From NCBI GenBank assembly GCA_964304625.1, contig OZ199838.1:7520035-7584034 (forward strand): 64,000 nt of DNA. The letters run 5' to 3'. The DNA comes from Kudoa neothunni. Lineage: Eukaryota; Animalia; Cnidaria. A program made the translations under genes and the position numbers. This document shows, one piece after another, positions 53,131 through 64,000 of the stretch. Numbering within the stretch: the first letter of the stretch is position 1; the number at the start of each line of letters is the position of its first letter. Under the pieces are notes generated by a model. The model worked only from the letters and a program-made list of their open reading frames with translations. It made no database searches and was not told where the DNA came from.

Positions 53131-55399
53131 CCCTCTAAGGATCGAAAAAACAATGTACATGTAAAGTCTTTGGGGTAAAAAATACCCCAGTTATTTTATT
53201 TAATTTATTAACTTAAAAAATTTGTTTCAGGAGTCGATCTTCAAGCACTGATTAATTTTAATTATTTTAACCCCGTAAAATAAACATTAACATTCTAATT
53301 TAATCCTAATTAATCCACATCGTACTTGTACGACACTCGTCGTAAACATTCGATCGTATTTTTTAACATAAGTTTGTGTTTTATCGACTTGATTAAAAAA
53401 GTTTCACCCTTTTTAATGAACCAAAATAATATAAACTTAAAATATATTTTTATTCATAACATTTCCAACAAGTATTTGAGGCATGCGTAGGACAATAAAA
53501 TTTATAGCAAATTTAGCACCATTTTGTAGTTTTCTTATCCTTTTTTCGCTCACAATATTCACGTCTTGAAAGCTTCACATCAATAGGCGGGACTTTGTTA
53601 ATCAATGGAAGAATTGGTGATTTCCTCTTAATGATCTTTCCGATGAATTTCGCATCAGCAATGGACTATAAAGCTTCTCTGCAATTTCTTTTTAAAAAGA
53701 GCGTCTAGTCTTCCTCGCATCGTTAAATACATCATTATATATTGCAAGGGCGTTGACTAAAGATAAATCCACCATGTTGAAGAACACCACTAAAGGTCAT
53801 CTTCTGGTGAATCGGCAAACAGAAACAGAAGCCAACATCCCATCGACATTGTCCACACTACCTTAAGATTTATTGTAGTCCAGTATTATTTTGGGCTTGA
53901 ACTTTAATGTCTCATCCGAAATAGTATTGTCCGATGTACCAGTAGCCAACAGGATAACACATTTGGCTTTCTGACATACGTATGATACCAACATGAACTT
54001 TTCGTTAAACACAAATTTGCTACTATAAATCTCACTTTTTTTGAGAGAAACAGATAATTTGGAATTTCTTTTTTGTTTTTTTGTAGAGTTCCCAAGAAGG
54101 TCAATCTTTTGTCGAACAACTTTTTTGCTAACGAATATGATGAAAAGAAATTATCAGCTACGATATTTCTGCCGGAATAGAACAATGGAGATGACAATGA
54201 AAGAACAACACTTTCTCCAACGTTACACTGTCGCGGAGCTTCAAAACTACCTTTGCCAAGATATATGGAAACGTTGAAAACATAATTTGAAACTGGATCG
54301 ACAAACAAAAAGAATTTGATACCGCATTTTTCTTGTTTCATAGGCGTATATTGACGAAATGAGCATCGACCTCGAAATGAAACAAGTTGCGCGTCGATAA
54401 TTACGTCTTGATGTGGAGCGAGACATTTAGACAATATCTTAATCCAGTGATCCCATAAATCACGTATGGGACAAAACTTATCGACATCCCTGCGCTGCAT
54501 TCTGGTATTGAAGTCATCAAAAGGAAGGGCACGCGAAATCTGCTTGAATCGTCGAAGAGAAAGCAGCTGCCGGTATATTTCTTTCCCTTCTTTAATACTA
54601 AAAAGATCGCATATGGGCTCTTGTCTATCTTTGTGAGTTCCCATTAGTATGAGAAGACCTAAATAACCCTGAAATTCGATATCATCCACGTCACACCAGT
54701 CATCTTTGAATTTGTTTTCCAAAAATATTCGTGAAGTGTATAATTTTATTACAAATTTCCGCAGTAAAGAAAATTGTAAAACAGTCCAACAAATTTTTTA
54801 CTTTTAAAGTTGTGTAACAAGTAGATCCCGGAGTAGAATCTATTATATTTTCCGCACATGTTTTGGTTATTGTAGGCTTCAAAATTCTCCATGAAATACC
54901 ACTTTTGCTACGTAGGGAATCAGGATGAACATTGTTAACTTCAATCTCATCATCCGTTAATTCATATCCATCCATAATATAATCTTCAAATTCATATCCG
55001 GATGAAGAAATATCGTCACTAAAGTCAACGCTATCGCTCATGTTAGTGCTTGTAAAGGTTTGAGCATGCACCTTTTGAATAAACGCGCAATATACTTGGA
55101 TTATCTCCATAACTACTCATACAATATCACTTAAATGTGATTAGTTATATATACACAATTTTCCCCTCAATTTTAGCAAAAAAAATGGTTGGGATATTTT
55201 TTACCCCAAAAACTTTAGAAGATAATTTTTGTATAGAAACTTTAATATTTAATCAATTGAAAAATTTTAAACTTAAAAGTGACTAAAATTATTTTTTTAA
55301 GAATACCCAAAATTTCAAGAGATTTCATGTAGAAAATAATGAGATATTGCGATGTAAAAATCGTTTTGGGGTAGAATATACCCCAAAACCTTTAGAGGG
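53131..55399 (-). mobile_element. piggyBac DNA transposon copy 6, degenerate; same family as copy 1
   Basis: TTAA at 53127-53130 and 55400-55403; TIR CCCTCTAA. Transposase fragments ~53450-55042 (IDAQLVSFRGRC, ADNFFSS). Confidence 0.93.
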
Positions 55400-56401
55400 T
55401 TAATGAGCAATTAATTTTTATAAATATATCTTAATAATTATAATAACGATAAGAATTTTTGTTTTAAATGATAAAAAATATATTCATCCTAGTAAAAATC
55501 TTTAAACTTTTTTGTTTTTATCGTGCCATTAGCGGTTAAAACCGATATATTACCCTTCGTAATACATAATACCAAATTTTGTTTAAATTAATCAAAACAG
55601 GTATTTTGATTGATATTAAAAACTTAAATATATTCCAAATATTTCGTTGAAAAAAATTTCATATTTATTTTAAAAGTATTTCTGGAACAAAAACTCAATA
55701 TTATGTGATAATATATTGAATATAATCTGTCAAAATAATGTAACACTAAGTTTCATTTTGTCTTTAAGAATAAGTTTTAAAACTTTTTAAATAACTAAAT
55801 AAGCGACAAAATTATTCGAGGACTTAAAACATAAAAAAGATTGCTAGACATATAAAGTTGAGGTTTTCGATGCAAACTCATTGTTTCTCTACAGCTCATT
55901 TATCGGAAACCAAATTGCGAAATAGAAAATTACTTTGTAAATATTGAATCTCATTTACTTTTATCTGTCTCATTTTTAGGTGAAATTATTTCCCTACCAA
56001 CCAAAATCTCAAATATTAATGCCAATATAATCTTTTTAAATTTAAATATCCTTTTTAGACATCAAAAATTGATTCCCTGTTTAAATTCAATTTTCATCCA
56101 GAAATTTGTATTTCCTAAGATATAACCCTGGAACGAGTTAAGTCTAATGTGTAGCCATCATAAAAATTAGAATTTGTTCAGTGTAGGAATGCAGGGTAGA
56201 GCTTAAGTATCCACATGATAAAAACACAAAAGAGAACATGAGAACAGAAATTTTATATTATTTCAACACCTAATATTTCAATATAATTGAAGAATAAAAG
56301 TAGTAGCGATTGTTTTTAATAACCTATTCAAAAACACTAAAAAATACTAAGCATCAAATTTAAAGAAAAAATAAAGCAATAAATGTAGATCAAGATCATT
56401 T

Positions 56402-58181
56402 TTAGTGAGAATGCTGTTCATTCATTGAAGCAATTAGTTTGTCTATTCTTGGGCTTGTTGATGACAATCTTACTCTCATATCATCACTAGTGCTCAAGCG
56501 ATTCCTGGCCTTTGTTTTCACTGTTACCAATGTTGAAAATCCTGATTCACAAAGGTAAGTAGACACTAAAGGAACGAGCACTTGGAAAGCATGTCGGGTG
56601 AGAAGAGGAAATGAATCTAAAAGGTCGAGCCAAAAATTTATACCGACCTCCCCAAATTCATTTTTGAGAATAGAAGATTGAAGATCAATCAGTTAGTCTT
56701 TTGCAGGATCACTATCATCTATTTCTGATAATGAAGTAGAAAAAGGTCCAAAAATCCATTTGCCGGTTGGAACCATATCTTTGGAAAAGTAGTCATTAAA
56801 TTGATTCCTCAAAATTCCCAAATGCTCGGCGATTTCTTCATTAACTAGAGAAATTGAGACAGATTTGTTATTTTTGAGTTCATCTAAGTTTGGAAAATTT
56901 GCTACGTTATTTTGTAAAACCCTACGTACCCATAAATCTAGTTTTGATTGTAAAGCTGTCATAATCTCGCATGCTTCCACAATAGTTACTGCTTCTCCTT
57001 GAAGCTGCATATTAACTTGATTGAGATGATTAAATACATATGAAAGGTAAGCTTAAGCTAAGCGGGCGATGAACTCAGGATCAGCGAAGTCCTCAGAAAT
57101 GTCTGAATCGCACTCGCGACGAAAAGTTTCAAATTCGGTATGAAGCTCAAAAACACAGTTAATAACCATTCTCCTCGAGAGTCATCTTATTTCATTATGG
57201 AGTAAAAGAACGGTACATTCAGAGCTCATCTCCTCACAAAAGGCTTTAAACAAGCGTTGATTCGATGCTCTGGCTCGAATGAAGTTCACGGTCTCGACGA
57301 CTTCGTCCATAATAATTTTTAGGTTTGGGGGGAGGGTCCTTGAAGCCAAAGCATATCTGTAAAGAACACAATGTGTTGTTATCACATTTGGTGCTTGTTG
57401 TTTAACAAGGGCGGTGAAACCTGATCTTACTCCCATCATAGCTGGAGCTCCGTCAGTACAGATTGACTCAATCATTTCCCAAATAAGACCGTGCCTTTCA
57501 AAAAAATCTTGTATGTTTATCATTGCATCGGCAGCTTTGGTGATCTTTTCCAAGTTATCGCAGAATAAAAATTTATTTTTTAAAACATTTACACTTATGT
57601 ACCTGGCGAAAACAATAAGTTGTTGAAATTGGATACATCACAGGATTCATCCAGTTGCAATGAAATTTTCGCTCTGCTGGATTTGATTTTTCCAACAATT
57701 TGGTCGCAAATATCTTGGGACATTTAGCAAATCCGTCGTTGAATTGTATTATTAGAAAACGGAATGGTTTGAATGTTCATCCGTGCTTCTTCACCGCATA
57801 CCAAACTAGCTTCATCATATCTAGGGCACAAGGTTTAATAAGATTCTCACCAATGTCGTGGGGCCTCTTTGCTTTTGCTATACGTTATGCTACGTGATAG
57901 GACGCTGCAAGCGTTGGCTTTTTCTCTGGTATGAAACCGAGTTTTGGTAATGTCCCCGCGGTTCTAAATCTATTCCTCCTTACCTTAAATTTAGCTCGAT
58001 CATCAGATTCATGAGTAGGATGTACGGATTCTAGGTGCTGCATTAGAATCGAAGGTTTCATAGAATCGTTTCCAAGGATCTTTGAGCACAAAACACATTG
58101 AGATTTCTCGACCCCATCCACAACGAGTAGATCAAACCCACACTGTATATACGAATCCAGATACTCACGTTTCTTCGATAT
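56402..58181 (-). pseudogene. Buster-type (ZBED8/SCAND3-like) hAT transposase pseudogene
   Basis: QCVLC...SMKPSILMQHLESVH, SLQLDES, CTDGAPAMMG, THCVLYR, STYLCESGFSTL. Start codon decayed to ATA; several stops and frameshifts. Confidence 0.9.
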
Positions 58182-59662
58182 AACAAAACTGAAGCAGATT
58201 TGAGTTGCTAATGATCATGTGACTAAAATCATGTTTGCTGTGAATGTGCAGAAATACCTTGTTCGGTGCTTATTGAATAAAAATAAAATTGGTAAAACTT
58301 GTTTCATTGGCGTAAGGAATTAGTTTTACTACACACGAAATTTTTATATTCAACTATGCTGTTCACCAGTTTATCCCCTAACCTACCCAAATTTACCCCC
58401 GGTTGGGAACCCGTGCAGTAGGGGGTTTCCGTAGAGCCGATGCCCACATTCAGACAACTTTCCCAGACTAATTCTGGGTTAGCCTAGGGTATGGTTGGGT
58501 TGGTGGTTGCTCCGAAACGAGGATGATTAGTGGGTTAAAATCCCACACTACCGCATAAACGTAAGTCGCCTTAATATGACGCTGCGGTGCCTAAAGCGTA
58601 ACTGGAGAAGGCTTAACAAGTTGCGCCAGGGGTTTGACCTTGTTTACAAAAAAATGGTAAATGACAACCACAATTTCTTGAAGTACACTTGAGAAAAGTA
58701 ATATTATTAATTACTGATTTTTGTTACTTACGTAATTTCTAAACAAGTTTTTACGCTAATAATGTCAATTCCTGATTGTACCATAAGAAGCACGCAAACT
58801 TATTTTTCATTCTAATTAATATAAACATTATATTTTAACAGAAAATATGTATATTTGAATCGATATCTTCGAAGTTAATTGATGATTTTAGAATATTAGG
58901 AGGTTACGGAATGATTGCATTGACCATGCAAGTTTGTCAAACATTCAATGTGATAAGAATCACATTAAAATTAAAACACGAATTTAATGGATGGTTGGTA
59001 TAATAGATAAGGTAAATTTAAGTTTTTTTAAACATTCCAAAATCTATATAGAAATTTAGTTGGACGTATCGTTCTAGACTGTATAAAGATTAGCCACACA
59101 ATCTGAGAGGATGCTTGTGTGCATGCACTACCATTACCTCAAAGATTTAGGTCTTGCATAATAAATAAAAAATGAATAATTATCATATGTTCGCAGTGAA
59201 AGTGCTCATACAATAAAGTTAAAGTAACCTTGAGAGCTCCTAAGGGTACAAAATAGATTCTCCAAGAATGCACGAACAAGTTACTATTCATGTATTTCAA
59301 TCCCCAAATAATGGAGTAAATGGATATAAACATTATTTTTTAATATAATTCAATGTTTATGGGTACATTTATTTTCATCTATGACCAGACTTTAAAAGTT
59401 TGCCTCTCCAACATTTGAATGACAACATTGGAAAATTATTCCAGAAGATTGTGAAGGGGGAGCACCTAAGCTGATGTTGTTGAATCACAAATTATGTCTT
59501 TTTTAAAATAAAAAATAATTAAACAATAAAACGACAGAGTATCAATATAAAAATGGGAGACAAAGTCGTGTAATATTAAAATACGAAAGTAGCTCGTACT
59601 AAAACCCTTCTATTCTAATAGAAATAAATAATGAGCTTAATTTCTAACTTGTTCCTAGTTAA

Positions 59663-60618
59663 CCTTCGGAAAATGGGACTCGAAAAACTCACGCGTGTGC
59701 CGAAGGGGGACCTAAAGTACTCCAGAGGGAGGTTTTTCAACTTAATTCGCTCGAAAGGATAAGCAATCTGTTTTATGTGGTTAATACCTAATTTAAAATA
59801 AATGCAACCTCCAAGAAAATAAAAATATTTAACCAGCTAGGAAAAAAAATAAAAACAACTCGTAGCCACCACTTTTAAGAAAAAAAGCGAGAATAAACAA
59901 GAAATTCCTCAAAAATATAGGTTATGTTTGTATAAAGCTACTAAGTAACTATTAGAAAACTCAAGGTTGATATTCAAGTGAATTTGTCATCTGAAAGGAA
60001 CAACCGACAAAAGCGCCACAACAAATACATCCGAAAATTTTCATTAATCTCATTTTGCGATCGTGGTATTAAAAGGTAGAAATATTTCGTTCCCTTCAAA
60101 CAACTACCTTTCCCATTAAAATTGTTACTCGATGGTAAAAATCATGGCTGATGTAAAAAGAAAACCCCGGTTGGAAAAAAAATGAAATATTAATCGACCC
60201 ATACTCTCAAAATTAATATACTACCGAAAGCGCTAATGTCTAACCATAATCTCAGGATAATCTCCGAGCTTTTCGGATTCTTCCGGTAGAAAATAAATTC
60301 AATACTTAGTCATACTCTTAATGTTTTTATTCCTTTCAAAATTAATTTTGAACCATTAATTTTAAGTTAAAAATAAATAAATAATAAATATAAGAGATTC
60401 AAATGCCTTTAAACACTAAATACTATTGGTTGGATTTTGAAAAAGTAGTCTATTATTTAATATCCCCAAGCAAATAATTTTTTGTTAGTTTAGTTTAAAA
60501 TTTATTTGATATTAAAAAATTACATGGAAAATTATAGAGAAAATAAAACGTTAAAAATAGAAATTTCGAAAAATAAAATAATTGGGATTCCTAAAATACC
60601 CTGTCCATCCGGTAAGGG
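59663..60618. mobile_element. Non-autonomous piggyBac-type element, inverted diverged relative of 41404-42265
   Basis: TTAA at 59659-59662; right end ...CCGGTAAGGG followed by TCAA. Terminal ~50 nt at each end resemble the opposite ends of 41404-42265. Confidence 0.55.
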
Positions 60619-60929
60619 TCAAACGTTGTTCTTTTGAAAATTAAACTAAAATGTGAAACTCACCCATATACAAGAGATGAATGAATAATGTTGAATTGTT
60701 AAACGTTAATATAAGAAATATTTGTATAAATTAATTAGAGGCAACCATTTGGAAATAATTATGACAGTTTTGGAGCACAACTGGATAAATAGAACCCAAT
60801 AAATTTTAAAAATAAAATATTTAGATAAAAACGCAAAAGAAACAGGAACGATTCAAAATCACGCAGAAATAACTAAAGGATACTGTTAAAAAATTAAACC
60901 AACAAATTACAAGCGGTCTGAGGAAAAGT

Positions 60930-63538
60930 TCAAACACTATTATTCCCGTTTAATTTTATGTGAATATTGCTCATGGAGTCGTTTCCTTCAAGTGAAAGAT
61001 TTTTTTCATTAGCCAAATGAAGCAAGCACACAATGGCGATGGGAATAGATACATTTTGAGCAGATTTACTGGGAAGTTGATCAATTAATGAACTATAAAC
61101 TTTATCGAATGAGGTATTGTTGTCTTGATTAGAATCGATTTCATCAGAGGGTTGTTGGCCGGTGAAGGAACTAACCGGCTTAAGATGTTGCTCATCTTTG
61201 ATACGATTATCATGTTTGACCTCGTCATTTTTTAATATATCCCAAATGGTGGATTTGATTTGGCGGGTGTCGAATCGTTTGGCAAATCTAGCATATTCGA
61301 TCTTGTTTTTTTGGCTAATGCATCCAGTCATTGGCATTGGAGTAGCGACAACCCCAGTAAATATCCCACCACTTTTATCGTCTTGAAATATGGAAGGTCG
61401 AGGAGGTTTGAACGGAGAAGGAAAACCAGTCGCGTACGTATTAAAATAGTCATCGCTGAAAGGTTTATGATCACTCACATCATCCATCATTCCACTGCAA
61501 TAGTTTAGGCGATCGTTGTCATTATCATAATCGTAAATTTGGCCATTTTGAAGAGTGACAATGGGAGCATCATTGTCATCTTTTTCAGTAAAGTTTTGAC
61601 TAAGTTTGATGTTTGGCATTAGAAACAATTGGAAAAGTGGTTTAATATCAACAGGATCAGTTTCAAGCATGGTGATACTGGATGCGTTTGTAGGTAGCAG
61701 AATATTCTAAAAAACGTTAGTCCTAACTCCACATCCAACAATACCTTTGAGAATGTGGACGATGCCTTTCCGGTTCTTAGTGATTTTTGGGCATCTGCTG
61801 ACAGAGGTTCGGCAAAATTAATTTCTTCATTAACTGTTCCCAGTGCATTCGCGCCAAACCTGACGTTATCATCCAGCTGTTTACGTTTCCGGGGCTGTCG
61901 AGCTTTATTTGCGTTTGCGCTAATAACCGAGCCACGGTTGTCCAGTGTAGAGTCTCTTCCGCTGGCTTTTACAACCGATCCAGAAAAATGTTTCCAATGT
62001 TCAGGACCGGCCCACATATTAGGTATTTGAGAGATACTGTTTCTAACGTTATTGAGATTTTTGAAATAAGAGTATTCACCAGGTTCCGTTGACAACTCAA
62101 GAGTGAGCCCTCCAGTCATATTTAGAGGCACATTCGATAACATATTGGTGAGTTCGGTGGCTACACTTAGATTATTATTGTTTTTGGATACAACAGCTTC
62201 TGCTTTGTTTGGAAATTCAAATTCAATAGCACTAGCTTGCTGCGGGAAATCATTGTGATTGGTTGCATCATCATAGTAAGCAACATCACCAGCAGTTTGC
62301 ACATCAATTGGAATCGTGTCATTGTGATCACTTGCGAGACCACTTTGATCATGCTTCAATGTCTCATCCATAGCATGAACAGTATCGATGAGTACACTTT
62401 GAAGCAATGTTTTACGATGTTTTTCAATGGCACTTCTATCCGAATCATTATCAACAATTCCAGTCAACACATTTATATTATCAAGTATTGAGGTGTTGGT
62501 TTGGTGTTGATTGTTGGGTTTTCGCCATTGCAAAAATTTAAAGTTATCCACAATTCCAATAAGATTATTCAACCTTTTACATTGTCCCTCATCATCGTAT
62601 AAATCAACCAGGATGTCTTTAAGTGCATTTTCATCACAAGAACAATTAGCATCATTCCATAGACGATCTTTAGAATTGGAAAATATGCAACTAATAGGAT
62701 CAATAGTGAAATCTCCTTTGTCACTACAGGGTCCAAAGTTGTTCAACAAGAGTGAAGTGATTGGATTTGAGTCAACATGTCCAAAAGTGAAACAATTTCC
62801 ACCAGCATCAAAATCCAATGCATGTTTATCGTCATCGCTATCTTTTGTTGAATAGAATTGCTCAAGATTAATATTTTTTAAATTTTTTTCAAGTTTACAC
62901 ATCAGATTTCGGTTGATGTTACGTTTTGACTTTTTCCCCTTATGTTTTTTGTTACGAGCAGCGTTATTATCACCATCCTCTTGATTGGTGCTATCATCGC
63001 TGTGAATAGCTGAATCATCTATGTTGGCTGATGGTAGCTGTTCTGATCCAAGCGTGCCAGCTATTTTTACAGCATCACTGTGCACTGAATCCACACGATA
63101 ACTGTAGATTTTTACACTAGCGTCCAATGTACATCCAGCAACTTGAAAATTAGTGGTAGCACCGCTATTGTTGTCGTCATTATTGGTGGTTAACAAATCC
63201 TGCATGTAATCAATGAGTTGAAGTCCAAATGCATTTTTGATATTGATTTTGTTTTCACTAGATAGTCGAATACAGGACGAGTAGATTTCCTTTAGTTGTT
63301 CATGGGTAAGCCCGTTACTCATACAGCTTGTTCTTAATTGTTTTCGGCGTCCGAACAATGGTGAACAAACGTAACTAGATGATTTATTTAGGTTGGAGAA
63401 TTTGGCCTTTTCTTTCGAAGATATCTTTTCCTGATTATCATCATTCTCAATAATAGAGCTTGCAGCACTGTTGCTGAACATCGAAATTGAAGAATTAATT
63501 AGACGACTGTTGTTTCCTAGCAATGATGAATTTTTCAT
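60930..63538 (-). CDS. NCAPH: Condensin I kleisin subunit (CAP-H / Barren / Cnd2), 2 exons
   Basis: CIRLSSENKINIKNAFGLQLID, NFQVAGCTLDASVKIYSYRVDSVH, WAGPEHWK, IEYARFAKRFD, CLLHLANEKNL. A 38-nt phase-0 intron at 61707-61744 (with CTAAC) joins the two track ORFs; first ATG at 63538. Confidence 0.95.
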
Positions 63539-64000
63539 GTTATCTATAGAGATGAGATTCAACAAGCACAAAATGTGGCCAATAACTATAAGAGACAATT
63601 GAACAGATCAGTGATTTGCGTACACACGGCCTCGATAGTAGTAAATTGTGCCTTTCGGCCATTTGTGCATGCGCGGCAAATAAATACACATTATACGACA
63701 CCACCGAATATAGCGATTTCTATCGCAAAAACTATTCTATTGATATATTAATATTTTTAGATGATTCATTTAATAAGAATCTAATCGAATGATGTCTTTT
63801 CTTCCTTTTCCAATGCCAATGAATGAAACTAATTTAAAATAGCCGATAATAAATGCTAATAAAACACGGATAAAGTGGAATGAATAGGAGATTACTTGGA
63901 ATTCCCACCGAAGATTCGATAAAGTTGATATACTTTTTACAATTTTTGGGAAGATCATCAAATTTGGTGTTTTTCGATATATCACATTTCCATCCTGGAA

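Larger units (their letters stand above)
53034..58415 (-). mobile_element. hAT (Buster group) DNA transposon containing piggyBac copy 6
   Basis: 15-bp TIR CAGGGGTTCCCAACC vs CACGGGTTCCCAACC; degenerate 8-bp TSD CAGATGGA / CAGTAGGG (the latter fits Buster nnnTAnnn). Confidence 0.85.
52793..58654 (+). mobile_element. tRNA-headed SINE-like retroposon (~470 nt when reconstituted: 52793-53033 + 58424-58654), split by a hAT insertion
   Basis: Exact 15-bp TSD TGGTAAATGACAACC at 52778-52792 and 58655-58669. A-box TGGCATAGTGG (52807-52817), B-box GTTCGAAGC (52852-52860), 3' stem AACAAG/CTTGTT, A7 tail at 58648-58654. Confidence 0.85.

Noticed and set aside
58566-58612. Alternative twister reading (GCCT-TAA...GAG-AAGGC) or hammerhead reading (GAAAC...GTA...CTGGAGA)
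   Set aside because: Twister pseudoknots cannot be built convincingly; the hammerhead reading lacks CUGANGA and stem I.
1-64000. CRISPR arrays, rRNA, intact tRNA genes, prokaryotic operons or defence systems
   Set aside because: None seen. Spliceosomal introns and eukaryotic genes throughout; the IS1595-like ORFs are eukaryotic Merlin elements.

Overview
AT-rich, intron-containing eukaryotic DNA, most likely from a compact animal genome: introns are mostly about 38-77 nt and the proteins are highly diverged. A reduced parasite lineage such as a myxozoan or orthonectid is a guess, not a determination. Host genes: ROMO1 and PAF1 head-to-head (both largely missed by the ORF track), PMS2, a divergent Ca-channel alpha2/delta-like gene, GPD2 lacking its EF-hand tail, NOSIP, an RBPMS-like RRM gene, NCAPH and a small tail-anchored orphan. 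Much of the rest is decayed, nested mobile DNA: six piggyBac copies plus three piggyBac-type non-autonomous elements, two Merlin elements, a Merlin-type MITE, a short-LTR Ty3/Gypsy element, a Buster-type hAT and Helitron pieces. The most striking object appears only after removing the nested insertions: a ~470-nt tRNA-headed SINE-like retroposon (52793-58654, exact 15-bp TSD, A7 tail). It is split by the hAT, which is itself split by a piggyBac, and its body is three consecutive folded RNA domains, the last resembling a twister-sister-like self-cleaving ribozyme. All alignments, folds and splice models were done by eye.
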